From positions 1 through 45,781 of the forward strand of contig JBIIOJ010000002.1 in NCBI GenBank assembly GCA_044337015.1: a stretch of 45,781 nt of DNA. The letters run 5' to 3'. The stretch's first letter is position 1. Each line of letters begins with the position of its first letter. The position numbers and the translations under genes are program-made. This stretch comes from Pirellulales bacterium (GTDB lineage: Bacteria; Planctomycetota; Planctomycetia; Pirellulales; UBA1268). The notes below the pieces were generated by a model. It was given only the letters and a program-made list of their open reading frames with translations. It was not told the origin of the DNA and made no database searches. Shown here piece by piece: positions 1 to 8,796 of this stretch.

Positions 1-761
1 CCATCGCCCCGCTCGAACTGGCGGCCGACTGGGATTCCGTGGGGCTCCTGGTGGGACAGTCCTCGCATCACCCGATCGAGCGGGTGCTCACCTGCCTGAC
101 GCTCTCCCCCGACGTGGCGAAGGAGGCGACCGAGCGAAAGGCGGGCCTCGTCGTGACGCACCACCCCCTCCCCTTCCGGCCAATCGGCCGACTCACGGAC
201 GACTCCACGACCGGAAGGGTGCTGCTCTCGCTCCTGTCGACCGGCGTCGCCGTCTACAGTCCCCACACCGCTTGGGACTCGGCCGCCGGCGGGATCAACG
301 ACCAACTCGCGCAGCTCTGCGGGCTCCAGGGAGTGCGTCCGATCAAGCCTCACGCGGAGCTCCACCTCGCCGGGGTCGGCCGGATGGGGCATGCCGCCGA
401 CTCGATGTCGATCGGGCAGCTCATCGGAACGCTGACGAGCGCCCTCGATATCGATGGCTGCCACATCGTCGGCGAGGCCTCCAAGCCCGCAGGCCTCGTC
501 GGAATTGCCTGCGGCAGCGGGGGCGACCTCGTGGACGAGGTCCGCGGCGCCGGATGCACGACGATGGTCACCGGCGAGATTCGCCTCCACGCAGCCGTCG
601 AGGCGAGGGCGTCGGGGGTGGCCGTGGTCGTCGTCGGCCACCACGCGAGCGAACGCTTCGCGATGGAAACACTCGCGAAGCGGCTCGCCGAGGCCGTGCC
701 GGGGCTGGACGTGTTTCCCAGCGGCGTGGAGGCAGACCCGCTCGCCTGGGTAGCTCGATAA
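1..761 (+). CDS. Nif3-like dinuclear metal center protein (YbgI family), 5' end cut by the window
   Basis: ORF track 39..761. The frame stays open back to nt 3 (IAPLELAADWDSVGLLVGQ), so the true start lies upstream of the window. WDxVGL, THHPLPF and GHHASE motifs are typical of the NIF3/YbgI family. Confidence 0.85.
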   Translation, partial: IAPLELAADWDSVGLLVGQSSHHPIERVLTCLTLSPDVAKEATERKAGLVVTHHPLPFRPIGRLTDDSTTGRVLLSLLSTGVAVYSPHTAWDSAAGGINDQLAQLCGLQGVRPIKPHAELHLAGVGRMGHAADSMSIGQLIGTLTSALDIDGCHIVGEASKPAGLVGIACGSGGDLVDEVRGAGCTTMVTGEIRLHAAVEARASGVAVVVVGHHASERFAMETLAKRLAEAVPGLDVFPSGVEADPLAWVAR

Positions 762-765
762 CCGA

Positions 766-1542
766 ATGTCTTCCATGTACCTCACGGCGCTGCCGGTGTT
801 CAACGAAGTCGCGCACGTCTCCAACGTGCTCGACGAGGTGGTCCGGTACGCCGATCGGGTGCTCGTCGTCGACGACGGCTCGACCGACGGCACCTCCGAA
901 CTGCTCGCAGCCAGACGCGACATCCGCGTGATCCGCCACCCGACGAACCGGGGCTACGGCGCGGCGCTGGCGACCGCCTTCGCCGAAGCGGTCGCCGGCC
1001 CGTGGGAAGGTCTCGTCACGATCGACTGCGACGGGCAGCACCAGCCGCGGCTCATCCCGGAGTTCGTCGCAGCGGCCCGCGATCCCGCGGTCGGCGCGGA
1101 CATCGTGAGCGGAAGCCGGTTTCTCGATCCGGCGACACGGCGGGGCGAGGCCCCGGCCGACCGCCGCCAGATCAACCGTGAGATCACGGCGGAGATCAAC
1201 GCCTCGCTCGGCCTTTCGATCACCGACGCCTTCTGCGGCTTCAAGGCCTATACGCGGCGGGCGCTCCGGTCGCTCCACGTCACCGAGACTGGCTACGCGA
1301 TGCCGCTCGAGGTCTGGGTGCAGGCGGCAGCCGCCGATCTTGCTATCGTCGAGATGCCGGTGCCGCTGGTGTACCTCGACCTGACGAGGAGTTTTGGCGG
1401 TGCTCTGGACGATGCGGCGACCCGTCTGGCCTATTATCGCTCCGTTTTGAGCCGAGCCTGTGAGGCCGTGCGCACGCGCCATCCGCCATGCCACCACTCC
1501 GTAGAACCCACCGAGCCCCCGCCGAATCGGGCGGAAGGCTGA
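766..1542 (+). CDS. Family 2 glycosyltransferase (DPM1/ArnC-like)
   Basis: ORF 766..1542 (258 aa). VVDDGSTDGT, NRGYGAA and TIDCDGQH motifs are the GT-A fold GT2 signature. Confidence 0.85.
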   Translation: MSSMYLTALPVFNEVAHVSNVLDEVVRYADRVLVVDDGSTDGTSELLAARRDIRVIRHPTNRGYGAALATAFAEAVAGPWEGLVTIDCDGQHQPRLIPEFVAAARDPAVGADIVSGSRFLDPATRRGEAPADRRQINREITAEINASLGLSITDAFCGFKAYTRRALRSLHVTETGYAMPLEVWVQAAAADLAIVEMPVPLVYLDLTRSFGGALDDAATRLAYYRSVLSRACEAVRTRHPPCHHSVEPTEPPPNRAEG

Positions 1543-3140
1543 TCGATCCTGCGGTGGCGGCGATCGAGCCGTTGCTCGACAACAACCGACTCCTGCGGGC
1601 CGCCTTCGACACGCGGATCGGTGACCTCAGGCTCTGGGAGCTCGTCGCCGCGACCCGACGCGAGGTGCTTTCCGTCGCCGCGGAATACACCGCGAGCTAT
1701 CGCGACGTCGAGCGGCCGGACGACATGGCCGATTGGATCGCCAGGCCGATCGTGATGGGCGGGCACCAGCCGACGCTCTTCCATCCCGGCGTCTGGCTGA
1801 AGAATTTCGTCGCCGCCGCCTACGCGACGAGGCTCGGCGGCACGGCGATCAACCTCGTCGTTGACACCGACCGCTGCGGGAACCCGTCCGTCGGCGTTCC
1901 GGTCGCTTCGGACCCTCGGGCCGACTCCGACGTCCATCTCGAGGCGATCCCGTTCGACGTCGGCGGCCAGGAAACGGCCTGGGAGGAGCGGGGCGTCCTC
2001 GATACCGATTGCTTCCGGTCGTTCGGCTCGCGGGCCTGCCAGGTGATCCAGCCGTTCGTCCCGGAGCCGATCCTGCGGCGATGGTGGCCGCTCGTCGTGG
2101 AGCGGGCCGCCGCATCGCACAGGCTCGGGCTCGGCATCGCGCAGGCGCGGCACGCGCTCGAGGGCCGGCTGGGCTGTGACACCCTCGAGCTCCCGGTGAG
2201 CGAGATGATGCGGCTGCCGACCGTGATGGTCTTTACCGGCTACCTGCTCTCTCGCGCCCGCGAACTTCACGAGGCCTACAACGCGTCGCTGGCGGCCTAC
2301 CGTCGCCGCCACCGGCAGCGGGGCGTCGGCCGACCGATGCCCGACCTGCTCTGCCTGCCCGCCGACGACTCCGGCGGCAGTTGGTACGAGGTGCCGTGGT
2401 GGATCTGGTCGAAGGATGACCACCGGCGGAGGAGGGTCTATGCCCATCTCGGACCCTCCGACACCCTCACGCTCTCGGATCTCGAGACGGTGCGCGTCGA
2501 ACTGCCGATCTCGCCAGGCACGAATCCCGCCCGCTGGGTCGACGCCCTTTCGCGGCTGGAGGAGCACGAGATGCGGCTGCGTCCCCGCGCCATCCTCACG
2601 ACGCTCTTCGCGAGGGTGCTCGTGGCCGACCTGTTCGTGCACGGGATCGGCGGGGCGGCCTACGACCAGATCACCGACGACATCGTGCGGAGGCTCACCG
2701 GCTGCGACCCGCCCCGTTACGCCGTCGTGAGCGGCACGCTCCGGCTGCCTGCCGGCCGGGGCGAGGATCCGGCCATCGAGCGGGCCCGTGCCGACGGGCT
2801 GCTTCGCGACCTCGCATTTCACCCGGAGCGGCATCTCGAGCCTCTCGCCGGGCAGCCGGAGGAGGTTCGGAGGCTCGTCGAGCGGAAATGGCAATGGATC
2901 GACACGTTTCCCACACCCGCCCTCGCTCGCCGGCGGTGCGCGGAAATTCGGTCGGCCAACGAGGCCCTCGCCGCGTTCACGATGCCCCTCCGGGAACGAA
3001 CGCTCGCAGGCCAGGCATCGCTCGCGTCCCGAATCCGCGGCTGGAAAGTGCTCTCATCACGGGAGTTTTCCTGGTGCTTTTTCAACGAAAAGGAGCTGAA
3101 ACCGTTCCTCCTACTGGAAAACACGGAAAAGATTGCCTAA
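1488..3140 (+). CDS. Conserved hypothetical protein with faint BshC-like motifs
   Basis: ORF 1488..3140 (550 aa). The start is uncertain because the first 55 nt overlap the GT2 gene (alternative GTG 1554, TTG 1572). GGHQPTLFHPGVW and HGIGGAAYDQI weakly recall the GQQxGLxxGP and GPGExxYW motifs of BshC-type ligases (from memory only). Confidence 0.55.
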   Translation: MPPLRRTHRAPAESGGRLIDPAVAAIEPLLDNNRLLRAAFDTRIGDLRLWELVAATRREVLSVAAEYTASYRDVERPDDMADWIARPIVMGGHQPTLFHPGVWLKNFVAAAYATRLGGTAINLVVDTDRCGNPSVGVPVASDPRADSDVHLEAIPFDVGGQETAWEERGVLDTDCFRSFGSRACQVIQPFVPEPILRRWWPLVVERAAASHRLGLGIAQARHALEGRLGCDTLELPVSEMMRLPTVMVFTGYLLSRARELHEAYNASLAAYRRRHRQRGVGRPMPDLLCLPADDSGGSWYEVPWWIWSKDDHRRRRVYAHLGPSDTLTLSDLETVRVELPISPGTNPARWVDALSRLEEHEMRLRPRAILTTLFARVLVADLFVHGIGGAAYDQITDDIVRRLTGCDPPRYAVVSGTLRLPAGRGEDPAIERARADGLLRDLAFHPERHLEPLAGQPEEVRRLVERKWQWIDTFPTPALARRRCAEIRSANEALAAFTMPLRERTLAGQASLASRIRGWKVLSSREFSWCFFNEKELKPFLLLENTEKIA

Positions 3141-3337
3141 TGTGACGGGCAACGGATTGTTTCGCGGTTCCACGGAGAGGACGTGCCATGCAGCGTGCCA
3201 AGTCACGGCGTTCGCCTACGGTTAAGCTCACCGGAGGCCGAACGCGGCCGAAGCCTGGCTCGAAGCATGCCGTTCAGCCCGCCGAGGCCAAGCCCGCGGC
3301 CAAGATCTGCCTGAAGACCCGGCCCCGATCGCGGCCG

Positions 3338-4744
3338 ATGGCGGTCGAGCACGTTGAGATCCGCCCGGCCACGATCTTTTCACGTCGGTCGGAAGCCAGA
3401 CGCCCTGCCATCCTGCACATTCCGCAGGAAACCATTCCGCATTACGAGCCGCCAAAGTGGCTCCTCGAGGAATGCCGGGTCGCCCCCGCACGGGCCGGCG
3501 ACCAGCATGAGATCCTCCAACTCCTGGCCGGCCTGCCGGCAGCTCCTTCGAAGGCCGAATTCCACGCGGCTGTCGACCACCCCGACCACGACGCCGCGAA
3601 CCGTCTCGTGGCCCGGCTGCCCGGCGGCCGGATCATCGGGCATGTGGAAGTGCTGCCCCGCCAGATTCTCGTGGGTGGCGCTCCCGTCGCGGGCGGCTCG
3701 ATCGACCGGATAGCGCTGGTGCCGGAATGCCGTGGCACGGGCCACGGTCGCCGGCTCGTCGAGTCGGCCGAGGAGCGGATGCGGAAGATCGGGGTGGACG
3801 TCGGCTTTTCGCGGACGCGGATCGCCGGATCGTTCCAGGGGCTCGGCTGGGCCATCCTCGGCCGCGACACCTCGACCGTCGGCCGTCCGACCGAAATCCT
3901 CGCCCGGCTGCTCGACGGCCCGCAGCGGGACGGCGAGCCGATCACGATGCGGCAGTGGCGACACGTCGAACTGCCGGCGATCCTCCGGATCTACCGTCAG
4001 AACGCCGGCCGCTTCGTCGGACCGCTCGACCGCAACGAGTCGTACTCCCGCTGGCTCGTCAGCCGGGGCGCGTTCGATTCGATCCTCGTGGCGCTCATGG
4101 GGCAGGACCGCTACGACCTCCACGAGACGACCGCGCGGATCGTCGGCTACGCGATTCAGTCAGGCAACCGCGTGCTGGAACTGATGGCCGACCCGGAGTT
4201 TCCCGGGCTCGAGCGGGAGATCCTGGCGCGGGTCTGCGGCGAGGCGATCGAGAACGACTGGCAGGAGATCGTTTACGAGTCGAACGCCCTCGACCCGCTC
4301 CACGAAGCTGTTGCAGGTGGGGCGGTTTCCGGGTCCGGCGGTGGACAGGCCGCTGGATCATCGGCTGGGGGCGACCGGATGATCGTGGCCAAGCTCTTCA
4401 ACCCGCTGAAGCTGTTGCAGGCGATCGCGGCGTCGGTCGGACAGAGGCTTGCGGCCGCCGGCGTCCGTGAAACGGTCGAACTTGGTCTCGATGCCCCGTC
4501 GTTCCGTGGATCGATCATCGTGGCCGACGGGACGGCCACCGTGCATCCGGGCCGAGTCGGCCGCAGCTACCTGAAGATCGCCGACGATGAGCTCGCGAGG
4601 CTGCTTCTGGGCCAGTGCAACCCGGCCGCGGCGGCGGCCGCCGGGAGTCTCACAGCCTCGACCCAGATCGCGATCAAGTTCGCGTCGATGCTCTTCCCGC
4701 GGGTGCCGCTCTGGTGCCCGATGTGGGACGACCTGCCTGCCTAG
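3338..4744 (+). CDS. GNAT family N-acetyltransferase, Eis-like long form
   Basis: ORF 3188..4744. ATG 3338 is preferred because the first 50 codons are basic low-complexity sequence. It has the acetyl-CoA motif RGTGHGRRLVESAEERM. The length and C-terminal segment resemble Eis-type enzymes. Confidence 0.7.
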   Translation: MAVEHVEIRPATIFSRRSEARRPAILHIPQETIPHYEPPKWLLEECRVAPARAGDQHEILQLLAGLPAAPSKAEFHAAVDHPDHDAANRLVARLPGGRIIGHVEVLPRQILVGGAPVAGGSIDRIALVPECRGTGHGRRLVESAEERMRKIGVDVGFSRTRIAGSFQGLGWAILGRDTSTVGRPTEILARLLDGPQRDGEPITMRQWRHVELPAILRIYRQNAGRFVGPLDRNESYSRWLVSRGAFDSILVALMGQDRYDLHETTARIVGYAIQSGNRVLELMADPEFPGLEREILARVCGEAIENDWQEIVYESNALDPLHEAVAGGAVSGSGGGQAAGSSAGGDRMIVAKLFNPLKLLQAIAASVGQRLAAAGVRETVELGLDAPSFRGSIIVADGTATVHPGRVGRSYLKIADDELARLLLGQCNPAAAAAAGSLTASTQIAIKFASMLFPRVPLWCPMWDDLPA

Positions 4745-4929
4745 ATTTCCGCTCACGCGCCCTAGGTTTCCGCTCACGCGCCGCTGTGGCTAAGGTTTCC
4801 GCTCACGCGCCGCTGTGGCTAAGGTTTCCGCTCACGCGCCGCTGTGGCTAAGGTTTCCGCTCACGCGCCGCTGTGGCTAAGGTTTCCGCTCACGCGCCGC
4901 TGTGGCTAAGGTTTCCGCTCACGCGCCGC
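4741..4929. repeat. 29-bp tandem direct repeat with 7 cores (5 identical full units)
   Basis: The unit is CTAAGGTTTCCGCTCACGCGCCGCTGTGG. The core TTCCGCTCACGCGCC starts at 4747, 4768, 4797, 4826, 4855, 4884 and 4913. There are no spacers. The array spans the whole gap between the GNAT stop (4742-4744) and the sulfite reductase stop (4919-4921). Confidence 0.95.
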
Positions 4930-6685
4930 GGGCGCCTGCGAGCCATTCGTCGGCCCAGGTGCGGACGCCGTCGACTCCCTTGCGATGGCAGAAGTCGCCG
5001 AGGGTCTCCTTGGCTTGCCGCTCCGCCTTGTAGCAGGCGAGCACGGCCGTGATCTCTCTCGCGAGATCCTCGAACGGAACGACGTCCTTGTAGTGCTCGT
5101 TGAGCCGGTCGCCGAGCAAACGGCCGCCGAGGAACATCGTGTACTTGCCCGCCGTGCGGCCGACGATCCCGATGTCGCAGTTGTAGGGGCGGGCACACGC
5201 GTTCGGGCAACCGGTCATGCGGAGCGTGAAGGCGTCGTTGGCGAGCCCCAGTTTCGCCACTTCCGGCTCGAGCGAATCGATGAGCCCGGGAAGCACCCGT
5301 TCACTCTCGGCCACCGCAAGGCCGCAGGTGGGCAGGGCCACGCAGGCCATGCTCCAGCGGCGCAGGGTCGAGATCTCCTCCGAGGTCTTCACGCCGTGCG
5401 CGTGGAGGATCTCCGCGATCCGATCGCGGTCGCCCGCCGCGAGGTCGGTGAACAGAAGGCTCTGATGGGCGGTGATCCGAACACCCGGCTTGATGTCCCG
5501 CAGGATCCGCCGCAGGGCGGTTTTCAGCCGGAATTCACCCCCCCGCCCAGAATCAACACTGTCGTGGACGCGGCCATTCTCCACGTTGAACCCGTAGAAG
5601 AACCTGCCGTCCCCCTGTTCGTGCCAGCCGATGTGGTCGTCGAAGCCGTGGACGTCGGCGGGATGACAGGGGGCGAGCGGCTTGCCGAAGTATTCCTCGA
5701 CCTTCTTGCGGAAGTTCTCGAGGCCCATCGTGTGGATCGTGTACTTGAGCCGGGCCGTCTTGCGGTCGGTGCGGTTCCCGAAATCCCGCTGCACCTTCAC
5801 GATCGCCTCGGCGATCGCGAGCACGTCCTCCGGCGGCACGAACCCCAGCCGCTTCGCGAGCGCCGGGAACGTCTTGGCGGCGCTCGGCGTCACGCCCATG
5901 CCGCCGCCGGCGATCACGTTGTAGCCGAGAATTTTCCCGTTCTCGTGGACGACGATGAAGCCGAGGTCGTTGGCGTAGACGTCGGTGCAGTTGTCCTCCG
6001 GCAGCGCGAAGGCCGTCTTGAACTTCCGCGGCAGGTAAGTCGGGCCGTAGATCGGCTCCACCTCCGCCTCCTTCGCAGTGCCGCCCGCGAGCGTCTTCTC
6101 GCCGGTGTCGGGATCGGTGAGCCAGATCTCGTAGTAGGCCCGCGTCCGCGGGGCGAGGTGCCTTGCCAGCTCGTCGAGCTTCGCCTGCATCTCCTCGCGG
6201 ACGGCGTTGCCGTGGATCGGCGCGGGGCAGCACATGATGTTCCGCTCGACGTCACCGCACGCGGCGAGCGTGGTCAGCTGGTTCTGGTGCACCCGCTGCA
6301 TGAACGACTTCAGGTCCCCCTTCACGACGCCGTGGTGCTGGATCGACTGCCGCGTCGTGAGCCGAATCGTGCCGTTGCCTAGCTCGTCCCCCATGTCGAT
6401 CGCGGAGAGGAGCTGCTCGGCCGTGAGCTTTCCGCCAGGCACGCAGGTACGAATCATGAACGAGACCTGCCGCTCGCTCTTCTTCCCCTCGACCGCCTTG
6501 CGGGCCTCGCGGTCGTCCTGCTGGTAGGTGCCGTGGTTCTTGAGCAGCTGGATCGAGGGCTTGCCGAAGCCGGGGGCGGCGTCGGCGAGCTCCTTGGCGA
6601 TGTCGCCCCGGAGGTAGTTGCTGGCGGTCTTGGCGACCTCGACGGCGGTCGGCTTGGCGGCGGATGCGGGGGTTTCGTCGGACAT
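4919..6685 (-). CDS. cysI: Assimilatory sulfite reductase hemoprotein (CysI/Sir type)
   Basis: ORF 4919..7003, start set at ATG 6685 (MSDETP), 588 aa. SNYLRGDIAKEL, HGTYQQDDRE and the siroheme/4Fe-4S cysteine cluster CVALPTCGLA...TGCPNACARP are diagnostic. No flavoprotein partner is adjacent, so the electron donor is undetermined. Confidence 0.9.
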   Translation of the reverse strand: MSDETPASAAKPTAVEVAKTASNYLRGDIAKELADAAPGFGKPSIQLLKNHGTYQQDDREARKAVEGKKSERQVSFMIRTCVPGGKLTAEQLLSAIDMGDELGNGTIRLTTRQSIQHHGVVKGDLKSFMQRVHQNQLTTLAACGDVERNIMCCPAPIHGNAVREEMQAKLDELARHLAPRTRAYYEIWLTDPDTGEKTLAGGTAKEAEVEPIYGPTYLPRKFKTAFALPEDNCTDVYANDLGFIVVHENGKILGYNVIAGGGMGVTPSAAKTFPALAKRLGFVPPEDVLAIAEAIVKVQRDFGNRTDRKTARLKYTIHTMGLENFRKKVEEYFGKPLAPCHPADVHGFDDHIGWHEQGDGRFFYGFNVENGRVHDSVDSGRGGEFRLKTALRRILRDIKPGVRITAHQSLLFTDLAAGDRDRIAEILHAHGVKTSEEISTLRRWSMACVALPTCGLAVAESERVLPGLIDSLEPEVAKLGLANDAFTLRMTGCPNACARPYNCDIGIVGRTAGKYTMFLGGRLLGDRLNEHYKDVVPFEDLAREITAVLACYKAERQAKETLGDFCHRKGVDGVRTWADEWLAGARGA

Positions 6686-6852
6686 GGGTTTCGGTGACTT
6701 CCTGCGGCTCTGGGGAGGACGGGAGCGGGCCACGACGGGGATCGCAGGCCGCCCTTTGGCAATAGGATAGGCGATCCGCCGCGCGAGAGCGACACGGGAT
6801 CGCTCCCGCCGCCGACGCCAGATGCGTTCACAATCGGGCGGAAATGGCCGCA

Positions 6853-7644
6853 TCAGGAGCCGGAAATCGGGAGGGCATTCGCTGCCACGATCACGGCTTC
6901 GTTGAGCGCCCGATAGAGTTCCTGCGAAGACCGCTGATAGATGTCGTGATCCGCTCCCTCGAAGCCCACGTCGTTCCACGAGCCCATGCCACCGAAGACC
7001 CACGACGCCTGGACGGCTGCGAGCAGGTGTCGCGCGTCGGGTGGCAGGATCGAGTCCGGCGCGAGGTCGTAGCCGGCCATCTCCGTGGGTGTGCCATCGA
7101 GCGCCGCTCGACCGGCGTCGAACGCCTTGGCAAACCAGTCCATACCGTGCCTGCGGGCGAGGTCACGGCTGTCCATGAGGCTGGCGGCAAAGCGGCGACG
7201 GAGATCGGCCGGATCCACGGGCGGCAGCTGCACCGGTGGCTGATCCGTCTCGACCCGGGCGTACGTGATCCGCCAGATCTTCTGGTCCGGGCGGCTCTGG
7301 TCGCCGAGTTCCCAGCGGGCATCCCAGATGTCGGCCCCCTTCGGCGTGATCGCCTCGTTGAACCACCGCGGGTGTTGCTCGCCACGGAGGATGCCGCAGA
7401 CGAGCCGAATCCGCGAGACACCGTCGCGAGCGAGCCTTTCGAACCAGGCCACGGGCTCCGAAGCATAAGGCGTATCCGTCGCGTCGGCTTCGCGACCACC
7501 ACGATCCACGAATCGGACGAACTCGCAGCAGGAAAACGCGTTGTTCGACGGAAAGAAAGCCTGCCAGTCCACGCCAGGCTCGCCACGGAGATAGGCGTTG
7601 CCGTACGTCGTGAGCGCGATCTGTTGGGCGAGGGTGCCTTGCAT
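6853..7644 (-). CDS. Hypothetical protein
   Basis: ORF 6853..7668. ATG 7644 (MQGTLAQQ) is preferred because the 8 upstream codons lie inside the palindromic element. No family was recognised. Its long open frame follows the local coding style. Confidence 0.55.
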   Translation of the reverse strand: MQGTLAQQIALTTYGNAYLRGEPGVDWQAFFPSNNAFSCCEFVRFVDRGGREADATDTPYASEPVAWFERLARDGVSRIRLVCGILRGEQHPRWFNEAITPKGADIWDARWELGDQSRPDQKIWRITYARVETDQPPVQLPPVDPADLRRRFAASLMDSRDLARRHGMDWFAKAFDAGRAALDGTPTEMAGYDLAPDSILPPDARHLLAAVQASWVFGGMGSWNDVGFEGADHDIYQRSSQELYRALNEAVIVAANALPISGS

Positions 7645-7648
7645 GCTG

Positions 7649-7731
7649 AAAATGGTGCCAGCCACCAAATCTGGGCAATCTACGGAAGCTGATTCCCTGT
7701 CTTATCCATATTTGGTGGCTGGCACCATTTT
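7649..7731. repeat. Palindromic MITE/REP-like element, copy A
   Basis: Perfect 22-bp inverted arms AAAATGGTGCCAGCCACCAAAT (7649-7670) and ATTTGGTGGCTGGCACCATTTT (7710-7731) flank a 39-nt centre. The terminal GCACCATTTT is duplicated in tandem at 7732-7741. Confidence 0.85.
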
Positions 7732-7780
7732 GCACCATTTTGTTCCAGACAAAATTCCTTGCCGAGTGGCTCCTTGAATC

Positions 7781-8356
7781 TTGAACACAGTCGCCGGGAA
7801 TGAATCGCGGAGTCGAACGGTGCCCACGCCGCTCACACAATCCCTCGCGGCCGGCGACCGGGAGGCGTTCGCCGCCCTCTACGATCGGCTCGGAGTCCGC
7901 CTCTACCGCACGGCCCTCACCATGCTCGCCTCCACCGCCGAAGCCGAGGACGTCGTCCACGACCTGTTCGTGGATCTCGCCCGCAACCGCGAGAAGCTCG
8001 CTGGTGTCGCAGATCTCGATGGCTACGTCTTCACGATGCTCCGACACGCGGTCGGCCGGCAAAGCCGGCGGGCGTCGCTCGCGCGGCGGTCACTCGACCG
8101 GCTCGGCCAAGAGCGGCTCGACGCCGGGGGATTCAGCACGCAGCCGACCGAGATCGAGGACGAGGCCCTCGCCGCAGCGGTCGCGTCGCTGCCGATCGTG
8201 CAGCGGGAAGTGATCTCGCTCAAGATCGACGGCGGCCTCACGTTCGCCGAGATCGCGGCTGTGATCGGCATCTCGGCCAACACGGCCGCCAGCCGCTACC
8301 GCTATGCGCTCGAAAAACTTCGGATGGCCCTCGCCCCCAATGAGGTACGGCCATGA
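7781..8356 (+). CDS. ECF-type RNA polymerase sigma factor (sigma-70 family)
   Basis: ORF 7781..8356 with a TTG start (alternative GTG 7820). It has a region 2 like DVVHDLFVDLARN and a region 4 HTH LTFAEIAAVIGISANTAASRYRYALEKLR. Confidence 0.85.
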   Translation: MNTVAGNESRSRTVPTPLTQSLAAGDREAFAALYDRLGVRLYRTALTMLASTAEAEDVVHDLFVDLARNREKLAGVADLDGYVFTMLRHAVGRQSRRASLARRSLDRLGQERLDAGGFSTQPTEIEDEALAAAVASLPIVQREVISLKIDGGLTFAEIAAVIGISANTAASRYRYALEKLRMALAPNEVRP

Positions 8357-8796
8357 ACGACTCCGGTGATCCCCGGCTGGCCGCGGTCGAACGGCGGCTC
8401 GAGCGATGCCTGCCGGAGGAGCCCGCGCCGGCACTGCGGCACCGTGTCCTCATGGCGGTGGACGACCTGCTCACAGAAAAGGTGCCAGCCACCAAATCCA
8501 GGCAATCTGCGCAAGCCGTTTCCCTGTCTTATCCATATTTGGTGGCTGGCACCATTTTGCTCGCCCTCTTCGTGACGGTGTCCGCCGGGGCCGTCGCCGC
8601 AACCCTGCGGCCGGCCGCGGCGCCGTCGCTCGTGGCGCGTCTGCGGGCCGCTGGCGTGACGGACGACGAACTGCTCGACCTGGCCGCGGCACCGCCGGCG
8701 GCAGCCGCCCCGCCCCCCCAAACCGGCCTTCCACGGCCCGTTCACCCCGCGGTTCACTGGATCAAGGTCCGCAAACTCTTGGAGGAGCATCTCTGA
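8353..8796 (+). CDS. Putative anti-sigma factor, single-pass membrane protein
   Basis: Its ATG overlaps the sigma gene stop (ATGA at 8353-8356). It has a short cytoplasmic N-terminus, then a hydrophobic helix YLVAGTILLALFVTVSAGAVAA and an Ala/Pro-rich tail. The position after an ECF sigma gene is typical of anti-sigma factors. Confidence 0.5.
   Translation: MNDSGDPRLAAVERRLERCLPEEPAPALRHRVLMAVDDLLTEKVPATKSRQSAQAVSLSYPYLVAGTILLALFVTVSAGAVAATLRPAAAPSLVARLRAAGVTDDELLDLAAAPPAAAAPPPQTGLPRPVHPAVHWIKVRKLLEEHL
8477..8558. repeat. Palindromic MITE/REP-like element, copy B (inside the anti-sigma ORF)
   Basis: Arms GGTGCCAGCCACCAAAT (8481-8497) and ATTTGGTGGCTGGCACC (8537-8553) are a perfect 17 bp. 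The 39-nt centre is about 33/39 identical to copy A and in the same orientation. Confidence 0.85.

Noticed and set aside
4741-4929. Possible CRISPR array, given the regular 29-bp repeats
   Set aside because: The units are directly adjacent with no unique spacers, the internal units are identical head-to-tail copies, and no cas genes are nearby. This is a plain tandem repeat.
6686-7003. 106-codon N-terminal extension of the sulfite reductase ORF
   Set aside because: The extension is Arg-rich with no family similarity and overlaps the 3' end of the neighbouring gene. The homologous region starts at MSDETP (ATG 6685).
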